From positions 704,001 through 768,000 of the forward strand of contig CAWJGT010000009.1 in the NCBI GenBank assembly GCA_963842525.1: a DNA stretch of 64,000 nt, read 5' to 3'. The DNA comes from an uncultured Holophagales bacterium (GTDB lineage Bacteria > Acidobacteriota > Thermoanaerobaculia > Multivoradales > UBA5704). The notes under the pieces were generated by a model. It did not search any database. It had not been told where the DNA came from and saw only the letters and a list, made by a program, of their open reading frames with translations. Each line of letters starts with the position of its first letter. The stretch's first letter is position 1. A program made the translations under genes and the position numbers. Positions 63,480 through 64,000 of this stretch are shown here, piece by piece.

Positions 63480-64000
63480 TCAACCCCAGGCAGCCGGACG
63501 CTTGAACACGCCTGACTTCTTGTGCCAGGGACGCTCGGCCAGGAGGAGCAGGAAGGTGTCGACCACCAAGGGATCGAACTGGTGGCCCCGCTCCTTGCGC
63601 AGGACCCCGGTCGCCTGCTCCACGGACAGAGCCCGGCGATAGGAGCGGTCGGTGGTCATGGCGTCAAAGGCGTCGACCACGGAGACGATCCGCGCTCCGA
63701 GGGGGATGCTCTCGCCGCTCAGCCCGCCGGGATAGCCGGGATAGGTCCCGTCCAGCTTGCCGTCGTACCGCTCCTGGTGGTGGCGGACGATCGGGGCGGC
63801 ATCGCGCAGGAGCTCGAGCCGCTCCAGGATCCGCGCGCCGATCTCGGGGTGCCGCTGCATGATCTCGGCCTGCACCGGATCGAGCGGCCCCTTCTTGCGC
63901 AGGATCTCCTCGGGGACGCCGATCTTCCCGATGTCATGGAGCAGGCTCGCATAGTGGAGCATCTCGAGGTCGCGGCCGCGCAACCCCAATCGCGTGCCCA
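63480..64000 (-). CDS. HD-GYP phosphodiesterase domain protein (5' part outside window)
   Basis: LLHDIGKIG, HHQERYDG..GYP, DAFDAMT, QFDP. Confidence 0.92.
   Translation of the reverse strand, partial: GTRLGLRGRDLEMLHYASLLHDIGKIGVPEEILRKKGPLDPVQAEIMQRHPEIGARILERLELLRDAAPIVRHHQERYDGKLDGTYPGYPGGLSGESIPLGARIVSVVDAFDAMTTDRSYRRALSVEQATGVLRKERGHQFDPLVVDTFLLLLAERPWHKKSGVFKRPAAWG

Overview
High-GC bacterial DNA (gene style suggests Acidobacteriota/Thermoanaerobaculia; this is an impression, not a placement). Many single-base indels break otherwise clear genes, which is most simply long-read consensus error. Bases 1-22050 look like host chromosome: a REC-Ser/Thr kinase, a Septu/PtuAB-like ATPase+HNH pair, an APH kinase, an ABC exporter, a PHP(EndoQ)-UvrD fusion, a Phd/VapC module bounded by a 16-bp duplication, an NCS2 permease, three tandem paralogous membrane proteins, an AB-hydrolase-TPR protein, an HK plus REC-PP2C pair and an osmoprotectant ABC importer. 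Bases ~22080-62760 look like a ~40-kb integrative element with no capsid or conjugation genes. Its right end carries an arm-type tyrosine integrase, AlpA, a serine resolvase and a phage-type Rep+DnaC module. Its cargo is an anaerobiosis/redox kit (NrfHA, an MtrAB-like decaheme porin-cytochrome, NapC, USPs, CBS, P-type ATPases, ADH, a NarL-type two-component system) plus a candidate two-gene defence unit (multi-TM protein + DUF4406/NDT-like protein). The two most unexplained structures are non-coding and both sit in the element. (1) Four ~220-bp cassettes near rep, each with a sequence-different palindrome fixed ~140 bp upstream of a conserved RBS-ATG leader. (2) A ~5-kb gene-free tract of ~310-bp hairpin-rich units arranged as a ~960-bp higher-order repeat. 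No tRNA, rRNA or CRISPR array was found.
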